Shown here piece after piece: positions 1 to 9,313 of a stretch of DNA of 64,000 bases (within the stretch, counting starts at the first letter, position 1; the number at the start of each line of letters is the position of its first letter). The DNA is taken from contig CAVUXE010000046.1 in NCBI GenBank assembly GCA_963745235.1, positions 8,030-72,029 of the forward strand, read 5' to 3'. The stretch is from an uncultured Spirochaetota bacterium (GTDB lineage: Bacteria; Spirochaetota; Spirochaetia; SZUA-6; Fen-1364). The position numbers were made by a program, and so were the translations under genes. The notes under the pieces were generated by a model. That model was not told where the DNA came from. It was given only the letters and a program-made list of their open reading frames with translations, and did no database searches.

Positions 1-788
1 GCGTAATTAAAGGCATTGGTCGTGGCAGTCATCGGGGTTCCCGCCCCGAGAGGCACGAAGGGGTAGAAGTTCCACGTCTCGGCTGTTACCCCATCTCCCG
101 TGGCGGCGAGCTGGGCGAGCTCGACGTCATAACTGAAGGCGTTGCCGCTGGAAAGCCCCGTCGGTGTGCCGCTGTTCGTGAACGAGACATCGAACTGATA
201 ACAGTGCTTGAACTCTGTGCCGTTTGAATAGTTGGGCGACACCGCGGTGAGACGGAAATAGTACTTGTTGCCGATGTGCTCGCCCTGGGATGGGGAGACG
301 CCGTTGAAGTAGACCCAGGCGCCGACTCTGAAAGCTCCCGTGTAGCTGCTGCCGGTGATCGAATCGAGGACCGTCCCGCCGCTGTTCGCCGCGTTGCCGA
401 CTAAGTGTTGTCCGGCGACGGACGAATAGGCTCCCGTGCCGCCGATGAGTGCGTAGTTGACCCATGGTGGTCCGGCGACGGCCGGAAGGTCGGGTTCGCT
501 ATTGGCCAAGGTACCGTCTACGTCGACATCGGGGTTCCTGACCGCGAAGAAGAGGATCTGGGTGGTGGTGTCGGGAATCGCGAAGAAGACGACATTGGCG
601 CCCGTGTAATCGCCGACGAGGGTATTGGCGCCCGTATAGAGCCAGTTCTGGGTCATTGCCGTCCCTTCGACGTACTGGGGGCCCTGAGGAGGGAAGCGTG
701 TAGGAGCAAACTGTGCGAATGCCATGCCTGCCGCACAGAGGATGAGCGCGACGACAGCCGCGGTTCTCTTCAAGCGCTTCCCGGTCAT
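1..788 (-). CDS. Secreted protein with N-terminal signal peptide; runs off the left edge (partial); not in the ORF track
   Basis: Manual translation from ATG at 788: MTGKRLKRTAAVVALILCAAGMAFAQFAPTRFPPQGPQYVEG...WVYFNGVSPSQGEHIGNKYYFRLTAV... open to position 1; Sec-type signal ending AFA|Q. Confidence 0.8.
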   Translation of the reverse strand, partial: MTGKRLKRTAAVVALILCAAGMAFAQFAPTRFPPQGPQYVEGTAMTQNWLYTGANTLVGDYTGANVVFFAIPDTTTQILFFAVRNPDVDVDGTLANSEPDLPAVAGPPWVNYALIGGTGAYSSVAGQHLVGNAANSGGTVLDSITGSSYTGAFRVGAWVYFNGVSPSQGEHIGNKYYFRLTAVSPNYSNGTEFKHCYQFDVSFTNSGTPTGLSSGNAFSYDVELAQLAATGDGVTAETWNFYPFVPLGAGTPMTATTNAFNY

Positions 789-1098
789 GACGAGTCCGTA
801 CTCAAACGCCCTCCGACGCGGTTCCTATTCAAATGAGATCGAAGCGGCCGTCCCGGCCACCGGCTATTTATGGGTCACCATTGAATCCCGTCTGCAGATT
901 CAAAATCGCATCTCATCAATGAAGATTATATCCTTCCCTGATAAATACTTCCAAGGTCGGCACCTCGTATGCGGCGTTGGCAAAAACTCCATGTGACGCG
1001 AGGAGCCCGGCCTTCCGTGCCCAGGCGGCGGGCCTGCTCGTTGAGAGGTCCCGAAAACTCCGATATTCATTCAGACCACCTCCGTCATCTGCCCGGGC

Positions 1099-1631
1099 AT
1101 GATGCCATGCCCAGCGCTAAATGAAGGAAAGATACCTACGATGGAGAGAAGTCGGCGAGCGCGGCGCGATGGGGACTACGGAAGCTCCGTTGCTGGAAAG
1201 GACGGCACTTTCGGGGAGCCGAGCCTGCAGCTGGACGCCATGGCGAGGATCGCGGGCCGGTACCCGAGGATACGGTTCGTCATCGAGCACCTCTTCTACC
1301 CCGGCCTGGATCACTTCGACGATGTTCAATCCGGCCTTGGCAAGCTTGCGCCGTTTGGGAACGTTTCCTTCACATTGGCCTCTGTTCCCAACAGCCTCAT
1401 GCCTGAGGCGTATCCGTTTCCTTCAACCAGCCGCTACGCGGGCGTTGCGAGGGATGTCGTGGGGGTGGCGCGCATATGAACGCGACGTACCGCCAGCTCA
1501 TCGACTCCATTGCGGAAAACGGCTTGTTTTCGGCGGACGAGCTCCGCCGCATCTACGCGGAAAATGCCGCCCGCGTGTACGGCCTCCCGGCCGACCCCTA
1601 CTCGTTCAAGCCTGCGAGCGCGCCAACATAA
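1099..1631 (+). pseudogene. Amidohydrolase (Amidohydro_2-like) C-terminal remnant in two frames
   Basis: Frame 1 has RIAGRYPRIRFVIEHLFYP...YPFP; second frame 1476-1631 has YRQLIDSI...ELRRIYAENAARVYGL, the typical amidohydrolase C-terminus. The N-terminal half and the WGSDxP motif are missing. Confidence 0.6.
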
Positions 1632-2284
1632 CCCTTGAACGCGATGCGACGAAACCACGTTGCGACCTGGAACGCCGAATGTTTCTTGCCGCCCTCCAGC
1701 CAGAGCTGAACGACCCCCAGGATGGCGCTCGCAAAGAAGCATTGCGCAACCTCAACCGGAACGGCGGCGGAACCCCTGCCCTGGTGCTTACCATAGATTC
1801 TCTCGCTGAGAAACCTTTTCAGATGCTCTTTCATCCTGGACTGGAACCAGACGCATCCTTTTCCGCCGAGCATTGCCCTGTACATGCGCGCGTTTGACTC
1901 GAAATGTTCGAACAGGCTTACCCATGCAGCCTGATTCCGTTCGTTGTCCAGGCCGCGCGCCAGATCGCCGCTCTCGTTGATGATGAGGGGTGGCCCCATT
2001 TCGTCAGCCATCTTCTGAAGAGCGCCCTTGAATATCTCTTCGACCACACGGTGCTTGTCTCGATAGTATCGGTAGAAGGTTGCGCGGTTGATCATCGCCT
2101 GAGCGGAGATATCCTGCACGGAGACATGGTCGAAGCCTCGTCGCTCAATCAGCTCAATCAAGGCGTTCTGTATGAAAATCCTGGTTCGCTGGGAGCGCAG
2201 ATCGATCTTTTTCTGCATCAGTGGATGTTTTCCGTTGCGTTCTGCGACATTCCTGCGGGCTTGTTTCTTGACTAAATTGTTCAT
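1598..2284 (-). CDS. TetR/AcrR family transcriptional regulator
   Basis: DLRSQRTRIFIQNALIELIERRGFDHVSVQDISAQAMINRATFYRYYRDK helix-turn-helix; true start may be the downstream Met. Confidence 0.92.
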   Translation of the reverse strand: MNNLVKKQARRNVAERNGKHPLMQKKIDLRSQRTRIFIQNALIELIERRGFDHVSVQDISAQAMINRATFYRYYRDKHRVVEEIFKGALQKMADEMGPPLIINESGDLARGLDNERNQAAWVSLFEHFESNARMYRAMLGGKGCVWFQSRMKEHLKRFLSERIYGKHQGRGSAAVPVEVAQCFFASAILGVVQLWLEGGKKHSAFQVATWFRRIAFKGYVGALAGLNE

Positions 2285-2370
2285 GCCCTTAGATTAACAA
2301 CAGCCTGGTGCAAGAGCAAACGCTTCGATCGACTCATCCTGCCTGACCTTTTTCACCTCCTGCAGCAGGA

Positions 2371-3732
2371 TTGCTCGTTCGTATCGAAAAGGAGACAGGA
2401 ATGGGTTCGTTAACGACGCGGGAGCGATTTTTGCCCTCGGTCGTCAGCTCGGCCATATATACTCTGGGATTTCCGTTCACGACACATTTTCTCAGAGGTG
2501 GAGAATGGTTCGGGTGTTTTGTCGTTATTCCGCTTTTCCTTATCGCCTGCCACGGGGGCGAATGGATGGGACTAATCGCGGCGGGGGTAGCGATTGTCTA
2601 CACAGACGCGATTCTCGCAGCCCAGCACGTCATCATTCACCACGAATCCCTTTCCTCATCCCGGGTCCTGCCTCTCGTCCTGTGCGAGCTCACGCTTCTG
2701 CTTCTTGCCCCAATCGCTGGCCGGATAGGCCGCATGGGGAGAGCCTTTCGATCATCCACGGCCACCTTTGAAGCTGCCCTCAGGATGCTTCCTGACACGG
2801 TGTTTGCGCTTGACCGTCAGGGGAAAGTCCCTGATGTGTGGCACGAGGCCAAGCAGACGCTGTCCCCCACGATCGTTGACGTAGACGCGAGCATCGAAGA
2901 ATCCCTGGAGATGATGAGAGGGATGCTGGGGGAGGGCATCACCGTCGTTCACGAGGCAGGCGCGGAGGCAAGCCTCGTCAAAGTCGACCCGGGACAATTC
3001 ACGCAGGTGCTTGCGAATCTCGCCATCAATGCGCGCGACGCCATGCCATCCGGAGGGAGGCTTGCGCTCAAAGTGCATCGCGTTGCCGTCGCAAGCGCGG
3101 ACGCCGGGCTGCCCACGGAGATGCATCCCGGTGACTACGTTGTCATCCAGGTGAGCGACACGGGCACGGGCATGGACCAGGAAACGACGAAAGGGCTGGG
3201 GAGCGGTACCGGTCTCGGCCTGTCGATTGTCTCCCGCATCGTCAAACAATCCGCCGGCCACATCTCCGTTGACAGCAGGGTCGGGAAGGGGACCACGTTC
3301 AGCATCTATCTTCCGCGTGTCTCCGAAGCCCTTGAAACGCGTGGAAAGCACGAGAGCTGCCCGGGGGAAGAGCAGAGCGGGACTGAAACCATCCTGTTGG
3401 TCGAAGACGAGGAACAGGTGAGCAACCTCATCCAGCGATGTCTCTCAGGCTGCGGCTACCAGGTCCTCCCGGCGGGAGACGGCAGAACAGGATTGGAAAT
3501 CTGCCGACAAAAAAGCGGTCAGATCCATCTCCTTCTCGTGGACCTTACCCTCCCCGACATCAGGGGAGATAAAGTGGCCCAGGAGTTCCGCGCAACAAAT
3601 CCCCGTGGCCGGGTGGTTTTTATGACAGGCTACTCCGACGTCGGCGGTCTCACGAAAGAAAGGGTTCTCAACAAGCCCTTCACGCTCTCCGACCTTGCGG
3701 TGAGCATTCGCCGGGAGCTGGACAGCCGATAG
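2371..3732 (+). CDS. Degenerate hybrid sensor kinase/receiver protein (TM + partial PAS + HATPase + REC; no H-box)
   Basis: N box QVLANLAINARDAM, G1 DTGTGM, G2 GTGLGL, REC ILLVEDE...LLLVDLTLPD...KPF; DHp and F box absent. Confidence 0.7.
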   Translation: MLVRIEKETGMGSLTTRERFLPSVVSSAIYTLGFPFTTHFLRGGEWFGCFVVIPLFLIACHGGEWMGLIAAGVAIVYTDAILAAQHVIIHHESLSSSRVLPLVLCELTLLLLAPIAGRIGRMGRAFRSSTATFEAALRMLPDTVFALDRQGKVPDVWHEAKQTLSPTIVDVDASIEESLEMMRGMLGEGITVVHEAGAEASLVKVDPGQFTQVLANLAINARDAMPSGGRLALKVHRVAVASADAGLPTEMHPGDYVVIQVSDTGTGMDQETTKGLGSGTGLGLSIVSRIVKQSAGHISVDSRVGKGTTFSIYLPRVSEALETRGKHESCPGEEQSGTETILLVEDEEQVSNLIQRCLSGCGYQVLPAGDGRTGLEICRQKSGQIHLLLVDLTLPDIRGDKVAQEFRATNPRGRVVFMTGYSDVGGLTKERVLNKPFTLSDLAVSIRRELDSR

Positions 3733-3749
3733 GGTACTGGGCACTACGT

Positions 3750-4169
3750 TTATCTCCCGAGCTTCTCGATAATCCTCGCGGCCCCCAGGCGTGCCATCTC
3801 GGCATCCTCCAACTGGTCAAGGCCGCTGACGGCCACCGAGCCGACGAGCCTGTTTCGGTGCCAGACGGGAATGCCGCCGTCCCAGCCGGTGAACCTGACA
3901 TCGCTGTTGGCCATCTGCCAGCCGTTCTTCTGGAAGTTGCGTCCGAGGAGCCCGGTCTCCGACCTTTCCCGAGCCGCGGTGAGCGCCTTCCTTGTCGCAA
4001 CGTCGATTGAAGGGAGAGGGGCTCCGTTCATTCTCAGCAGGGAGACAAGCTCGCCATGAGAATCCGACACCGCGATGACGGCAACCTTCGCCCTGCGGAC
4101 GAGCTCCTCACGAATGGCTTCAATTGCGATTCTCGCTTCCTCTTCCCCGAGCTCCGTAGCTTCCTGCAT
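3750..4169 (-). CDS. GlcG/HbpS-family heme-binding protein
   Basis: IAVSDSHGELVSLLRMNGAPLPSIDVATRKALTA and GGIPV...VGSVAVSG motifs; AGGAGG RBS. Confidence 0.85.
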   Translation of the reverse strand: MQEATELGEEEARIAIEAIREELVRRAKVAVIAVSDSHGELVSLLRMNGAPLPSIDVATRKALTAARERSETGLLGRNFQKNGWQMANSDVRFTGWDGGIPVWHRNRLVGSVAVSGLDQLEDAEMARLGAARIIEKLGR

Positions 4170-4221
4170 CCCCTACCTCCTCCCGTTGCCTGTATACCCC
4201 AGTTGTAAGATGGGTGTGGCT

Positions 4222-4989
4222 CTAGTTCACTCTTCCATTCGGAAAGAGCCTGCTCTCAAGGAGGTCGATGGACTGAAGCAGCACGAATGCCTCGTCTTTG
4301 CTCTGCGTCTCGACCTTCAGCTCCGCTCGAGCCATCAATTCCTTCATTTTCCCAGCCAGGAAGGACATGGTGTTGGAAACATAGAATGGGAAGTACCAGA
4401 AATAGAAAAGCGCCAGCAAAATGCACCCTGCCCCGAATGCGGCTATCGAAGTAATCATTCTTCCAGATTCGATTTTTGTCGCGAGGCTCTTGCGCTCGAT
4501 TGCTTCCATATTAATGTCGTTTATCTTTACGATTGTCTGTCGAGCGCTTAGATATGCCGGGATGAAATCCCGGGAATATGACAAAGGGCTTCCCCCCGCC
4601 GTCTGCATCTTCATGCAGAGGGCCAGAAAGAGGCTGTAGTTCTTGTTCAGCTCTTCCACGTATTCTTTCTCGTGCAATTCCGTGATGTTGCCATTCTCCG
4701 CCTTGAAGTTCTTCTCAAAGGATGAACGGCCGGCGCCAAAGACTTGCGAGTCATAGGGAGATGCCTCGGCCATTTTCGGCCCGATGACCCTGTCGACAAT
4801 CGCGGTCCGCATATCATCGATGGCCAGGAGCATGTTTTTGCAATAGACAAGGGTATCATAGTTGTCTCGGAGTATTCGGTCAGCGGACTTCGAAAGCTCC
4901 TGGATGTCGAATGAGCTGTAGATAGCCAGGGCAAAGATGATCAGAAAAAGGAATCCAAGCCCACACGTGAGTTTGGTTCTCAACGACAT
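4222..4989 (-). CDS. Membrane protein with four-helix-bundle (4HB_MCP-like) sensor domain and no output domain
   Basis: MSLRTKLTCGLGFLFLIIFAL TM1, ILRDNY...NITE..EKE periplasmic bundle, TM2, then a short HAMP-like tail. Confidence 0.7.
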   Translation of the reverse strand: MSLRTKLTCGLGFLFLIIFALAIYSSFDIQELSKSADRILRDNYDTLVYCKNMLLAIDDMRTAIVDRVIGPKMAEASPYDSQVFGAGRSSFEKNFKAENGNITELHEKEYVEELNKNYSLFLALCMKMQTAGGSPLSYSRDFIPAYLSARQTIVKINDINMEAIERKSLATKIESGRMITSIAAFGAGCILLALFYFWYFPFYVSNTMSFLAGKMKELMARAELKVETQSKDEAFVLLQSIDLLESRLFPNGRVN

Positions 4990-5025
4990 ATCGCTCAGTG
5001 TATATCCGCGCCGCAGGAAGGTCAA

Positions 5026-5072
5026 TCAAAGCGGGGGCCCAGGGTTGCGACGCGCAGAAACCTGGCCCCCGG
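5026..5072 (-). terminator. Possible intrinsic terminator after the DUF1059 gene
   Basis: GC-rich imperfect hairpin GGGGGCCAGGTT...AACCCTGGGCCCCC followed by GCTTTGATT on the minus strand; weak U-tract. Confidence 0.3.
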
Positions 5073-5082
5073 TATTCCCGCC

Positions 5083-5253
5083 CTAGGTTCGAACCGTCTT
5101 CATCATGCCCTGAATCTCCTTGTCAGACATCGTCTTATTGTGGGACTTGCTGGCATGGAGCTTCACGATATCCGTCAGCTCGGCGCTGTTGTGGTCCTGA
5201 ACCTTGAACCCGCAATCGGGCGAACATTCGACCGTGTACAGATCTGCAGCCAT
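5083..5253 (-). CDS. DUF1059-like small metal-binding protein
   Basis: MAADLYTVECSPDCGFKVQDHNSAELTDIVKLHASKSH (CxxxC...HxxxxH); AGGAG RBS upstream of ATG 5253. Confidence 0.8.
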   Translation of the reverse strand: MAADLYTVECSPDCGFKVQDHNSAELTDIVKLHASKSHNKTMSDKEIQGMMKTVRT

Positions 5254-5384
5254 GAAACACCTCCTGATACGCCGCATTCTCTCCCCAGCGGGCGTTACGG
5301 AATCGCAACGGCCCGAACGAAAACGTCGTTGCGGTGTCGTAACGGTCTTTGGCCAGGCTGACGTTGCGCCCGGAGGTCGAAATC

Positions 5385-7133
5385 ATGATTGCCCTGACGA
5401 TGTCAGGTTCTTTCCGGTTTCCCCCTTTGACGGGGGACCTTCAGCGGTCGTCGCAATTGGAAATGGACGCTGCCGTCAAAACCCTCGGCGATCACAAGGA
5501 GGAGTGGCTCAATCTCCCGGTCCGACAAAAAATCACTATCCTGGATCTCCTGTTGAAGGATCTTGCCGCAGGAGCTCACCGTTGGGTGGCCGCCGGCCTG
5601 GAAGCAAAGGGCCTTGTCCCTGACAGCGCCGCCGCGTGGGAAGAATGGGCCGCCGGTCCACACATCGTCATGGTCAATCTCCGCCAACTTCGGGAATCCC
5701 TGCTGGACATTGCGCGATCAGGGAAACCCAGGATCCCCGGACCGTTGACCGTCCGGCCGGATGGCCAGCTTGTCGCCCGGGTCTTCCCCCGCCGCGGCTA
5801 CGACCGCCTCTTCCTGGGCGGCGTGACGGCGGAGATCTGGATGCAGCCGGGAGTCACGACGCAGAGCTTGCCGGCGACGCAGGCGGTCGCGTTCCACGGC
5901 GGCTCGCACACGGGAAGAGTGGCCCTGGTCCTGGGTGCCGGAAATGGCTCCGCCATCGGCGCCTCGGACATCCTGTACAAGCTTTTCGTTCAGAACCATG
6001 TTGTCATCTACAAGGTCAACCCCGTCAATGCGTACATGGGCCCGCTGTTCGAGGAGTCCTTCCGTGCCCTGGTGAACGGCGGGTTCCTGCGGATCGTCTA
6101 CGGCGGAGCGGAGGAGGGGGCATATCTCTGCAGTGATTCCGACGTTGACGAGGTGCACATCACCGGCTCGGACAAGAGTTTCGAAGCAGTCGTGTTCGGG
6201 GCCGGACTGAACGGTGCGGCTCGAAAGGCAAAGAACCAACCTCTCCTGGACAAGCCGGTCACGGCCGAGCTGGGCAACGTCAGTCCCGTGATCGTCGTTC
6301 CCGGGCCGTGGAGCGAGGGTGATCTCGCCTACCAGGGAGAGCACATTGCCTCCCTGCTCGTCGTGAACGCCGGGTTCAATTGCCTCACGCCACGCGTCCT
6401 CATCCAGCACCTGAGCTGGGACAGGCGTGAAGAGCTCCTGCGGCGGGTTCGCAAGATCCTGCGCACTGTGCCCGTTCGTAGGGCCTACTACCCCGGCGCA
6501 CGGCAGCGCTTCGAGGCTTTCCTGGCCGCTCATCCGGATGCGGAAACGTTCGGGGCGGCATCGAATGGGGAGCTCCCCTGGGCGCTCATTCCGTACCTCG
6601 ACCCGAACGAGCAGGACGACATCTGCTTCACGACGGAGGCCTTTTGCGGCCTTTTCTGCGAGACTGCTCTCGGGGCTGACGGCGTCGCCGACTACATCTC
6701 CAAGGCCGTTGCGTTCGCAAATGACCAGCTTTGGGGAACGCTCAACGCAACGATACTCGTCCATCCCGAGTCTTTGAAGGACCGTGAGGTTGCCGAAGCG
6801 CTTGATCGGGCCGTCGCGGACCTGCGCTATGGCTGCGTCACGGTCAACCAGGGCGCCGGCTCAGCGTACGGCTTGTGCGTCGTTCCGTGGGGCGGGTTTC
6901 CCGCCGGCGCCTCGCTGGGCGACATCCAGTCCGGGATCGGGTTCGTGCACAACTCGTTGATGTTTGAGCGTCCGCAGAAATCCGTGCTCAGGGGGCCATT
7001 TCGGGCCAAAGGGACGCCTGCGTGGTTTCCTACGCGAAGCCGGCGGGCCGCGGAGCTCTTCGCGAAGCTGGTCCGTTTCGAGGCATCCCCGTCTCCGTGG
7101 AAGGTACCCGGCATTCTGCGAAGGGCCATGTAA
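5385..7133 (+). CDS. Aldehyde dehydrogenase-family protein
   Basis: HITGS, catalytic ELGNVSP and NAGFNC motifs, EAF; GGAGG RBS 8 nt before ATG 5385. Confidence 0.88.
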   Translation: MIALTMSGSFRFPPLTGDLQRSSQLEMDAAVKTLGDHKEEWLNLPVRQKITILDLLLKDLAAGAHRWVAAGLEAKGLVPDSAAAWEEWAAGPHIVMVNLRQLRESLLDIARSGKPRIPGPLTVRPDGQLVARVFPRRGYDRLFLGGVTAEIWMQPGVTTQSLPATQAVAFHGGSHTGRVALVLGAGNGSAIGASDILYKLFVQNHVVIYKVNPVNAYMGPLFEESFRALVNGGFLRIVYGGAEEGAYLCSDSDVDEVHITGSDKSFEAVVFGAGLNGAARKAKNQPLLDKPVTAELGNVSPVIVVPGPWSEGDLAYQGEHIASLLVVNAGFNCLTPRVLIQHLSWDRREELLRRVRKILRTVPVRRAYYPGARQRFEAFLAAHPDAETFGAASNGELPWALIPYLDPNEQDDICFTTEAFCGLFCETALGADGVADYISKAVAFANDQLWGTLNATILVHPESLKDREVAEALDRAVADLRYGCVTVNQGAGSAYGLCVVPWGGFPAGASLGDIQSGIGFVHNSLMFERPQKSVLRGPFRAKGTPAWFPTRSRRAAELFAKLVRFEASPSPWKVPGILRRAM

Positions 7134-7193
7134 TTCGCGCACAGACTGCGCGTTGCGCAGGTGGAGAGAAAAGACGACAGGAGGACAGGCACC

Positions 7194-7493
7194 ATGTACA
7201 AGTTCGTGAGGTCCGGAAAGATCAAGGGCAACTTCCCTGAGGCAGTGCGCTGGGCCAAGGAAATCGCCGAATACGTCTCCAGCAAACACTCGCCCGTCAA
7301 AGTCCAAGTCTACACGGGGATGTTCGGGGATCTGAACACAATCTTCTGGGAGATCGAGCACAAAGACCTGGCATCCATCGAAGCCTTGTCGGCAAAGCTT
7401 GTTTCTGACAAGGGATATTGGGCCGTTGTCGAAAAGGCAACCGGCCTCTTCATCGACGGAACCTTTCGCGATTCCGTCCTGGGCTCTGTCTAG
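7194..7493 (+). CDS. Small hypothetical protein (NIPSNAP/dimeric alpha-beta barrel-like)
   Basis: AGGAGG RBS, operon position; MFGDLNTIFWEIEHKDLA...D.GYW...GLFIDG pattern. Confidence 0.7.
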   Translation: MYKFVRSGKIKGNFPEAVRWAKEIAEYVSSKHSPVKVQVYTGMFGDLNTIFWEIEHKDLASIEALSAKLVSDKGYWAVVEKATGLFIDGTFRDSVLGSV

Positions 7494-7502
7494 GAGGACA
7501 CC

Positions 7503-8396
7503 ATGATACTCGTTGTTGGATCGACGGGGATGCTGGGAAGCGAGATCTGCAGGCTTCTTGCAGGCCAGGGTGGCCGGGTACGGGCACTCGTTCGCGCGAC
7601 TTCAAACGCGGAGACCGTGAAAACCCTCGCATCACTTGGCGCAGAGGTCGTTCAAGGAGACATCCGGGATGTCGCGTCACTGGAAAAGGCCTGCAACGGC
7701 GCTCAGACGGTCATCTCGACTGTTTCCTCCATGCCCACGCGCTATGTTGCCGGAGACAACGATATTGCAGCCGTTGACGACAATGGCCTGAAGAAGCTCA
7801 TCGATGCTTCACAGAAGGCTGGTGTGGAGAGGTTCGTCCTCACATCCTTCACCATGGACAACCGATTCCCCCTTCGGGATGCAAAGCGCGGTGCGGAAGA
7901 GCATCTCAAGGCCAGCGGGATGAGCTGGACGATCCTGAGGCCAAGCTTCTTCATGGAGGCGTGGCTGGGACCCATGGTCGGGTTCGACTACGCGAACGCC
8001 TCTGCCCGGATCTACGGCTCCGGCACCAGGCCCGTCAGCTATGTCTCTTTCCGCGACGTTGCCGCCATTGCGGTGGCATGCCTCGAGAAGCCCGCCGCGA
8101 AGAACGCCGTGGTCCCTATCGGGGGACCGGAGGCGATCAGTCAGAAGAGAGCCGTGGAGATCTTCGAAGAAGCCGGGGGCCGCCCGTTTGCGACAGAGGT
8201 CGTCCCGGAAGCCGCAATCGCCGCCCAGCAGAAGGAAGCGACGGATCCAATGCAGCAGTCGTTCGCGGGGCTCATGATGGGAATCGCATCCGGGGACCAG
8301 GTGGAGATGAGAAGGACGGCGGAAGAGTTCGGCGTTCACCTCAAGTTCGTTCGTGACTACGCTCGCGAGGTCCTGCCCCAAACGGTGCATTCATGA
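7503..8396 (+). CDS. NmrA-like / SDR NAD(P)-binding oxidoreductase
   Basis: MILVVGSTGMLGS Rossmann motif; WTILRPSFFME. Confidence 0.9.
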   Translation: MILVVGSTGMLGSEICRLLAGQGGRVRALVRATSNAETVKTLASLGAEVVQGDIRDVASLEKACNGAQTVISTVSSMPTRYVAGDNDIAAVDDNGLKKLIDASQKAGVERFVLTSFTMDNRFPLRDAKRGAEEHLKASGMSWTILRPSFFMEAWLGPMVGFDYANASARIYGSGTRPVSYVSFRDVAAIAVACLEKPAAKNAVVPIGGPEAISQKRAVEIFEEAGGRPFATEVVPEAAIAAQQKEATDPMQQSFAGLMMGIASGDQVEMRRTAEEFGVHLKFVRDYAREVLPQTVHS

Positions 8397-9313
8397 ACGG
8401 GTACTACAGGTTCGCGGTGGGTTCCTTCGCCTGCACGAGCCTCCTGGATGGTTCGCACGAGTACAAGTGGCAGGACTTCGTGGTGAATGCAGGTGAGCAG
8501 GAAGTCCGCGCCGCTTTGAAATCTACCGGGATGACCCAGGACGGCCTCGTCACGCCGTACACCTACCTTCATGTCGACACCGGGGCCCACCAGATCCTCA
8601 TTGACGCCGGCGCCGGGAGCTACTTCCCGACGACCGGCCTCCTGGCAAAGAGCATGGAGGAGGCCGAGATCGACCGGAGGGAGATCGATACGGTCATCAT
8701 CACTCACGCTCATCCCGATCACATCGGGGGCCTGCTTCTTCCTGATGGCTCACCCGCCTATCCCGAAGCCGTGCACTATATCTGGAAGCGCGAATGGGAC
8801 TACTGGTTTTCAGATGAGGAGTACTCTCGCGCGCGAAAGACCCGCAGAGGGAGCTTCGACTTCGGACATTTTTTCGACTTCGCGCGCAGCCGCCTGGATC
8901 CCGTCAAGCGGCTCATCCGCCAGGTGGAGTTCACGGGGGAGGAGGTGACGATCTTTCCCGGGGTGAGGCTGCTTCGCGCCCCGGGTCACACCCCGGGTCA
9001 CATGGTGGCGGAGCTTCACTCGAATGGGGAAAGCCTTCTGTACATCGGGGATGCGGCAATCTCCCCCATCCATCTCGAGCAACCGGCCTGGCTGCCGGTG
9101 ACGGAGATCGAGCCAGAGTTGTCGCTGGTCAGCAGACGGTTCGTGTGCGACCTGGCCGCGTCTCGCCACTCATGGGTCGTGGGCCAGCATTTCCCTCCGT
9201 TTCCGAGCCTCGGCCATATCGAGAGGCGCGGAGACGCCTGGGAATGGAAACCTGTCACGCTGAGGGAGAGGGGGGAAGGGGAAGGCCGTCCAGCAGGCGC
9301 CGGGCCTCGTTGA
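8393..9313 (+). CDS. MBL-fold metallo-hydrolase (lactonase/organophosphate hydrolase-like)
   Basis: THAHPDHIGG, APGHTPGH and GD motifs; ATGA overlap with the upstream gene. Confidence 0.9.
   Translation: MNGYYRFAVGSFACTSLLDGSHEYKWQDFVVNAGEQEVRAALKSTGMTQDGLVTPYTYLHVDTGAHQILIDAGAGSYFPTTGLLAKSMEEAEIDRREIDTVIITHAHPDHIGGLLLPDGSPAYPEAVHYIWKREWDYWFSDEEYSRARKTRRGSFDFGHFFDFARSRLDPVKRLIRQVEFTGEEVTIFPGVRLLRAPGHTPGHMVAELHSNGESLLYIGDAAISPIHLEQPAWLPVTEIEPELSLVSRRFVCDLAASRHSWVVGQHFPPFPSLGHIERRGDAWEWKPVTLRERGEGEGRPAGAGPR

Noticed and set aside
1095-1115. GGGCATG-ATGC-CATGCCC hairpin as a riboswitch or terminator
   Set aside because: Isolated stem, no U-tract and no recognisable riboswitch consensus
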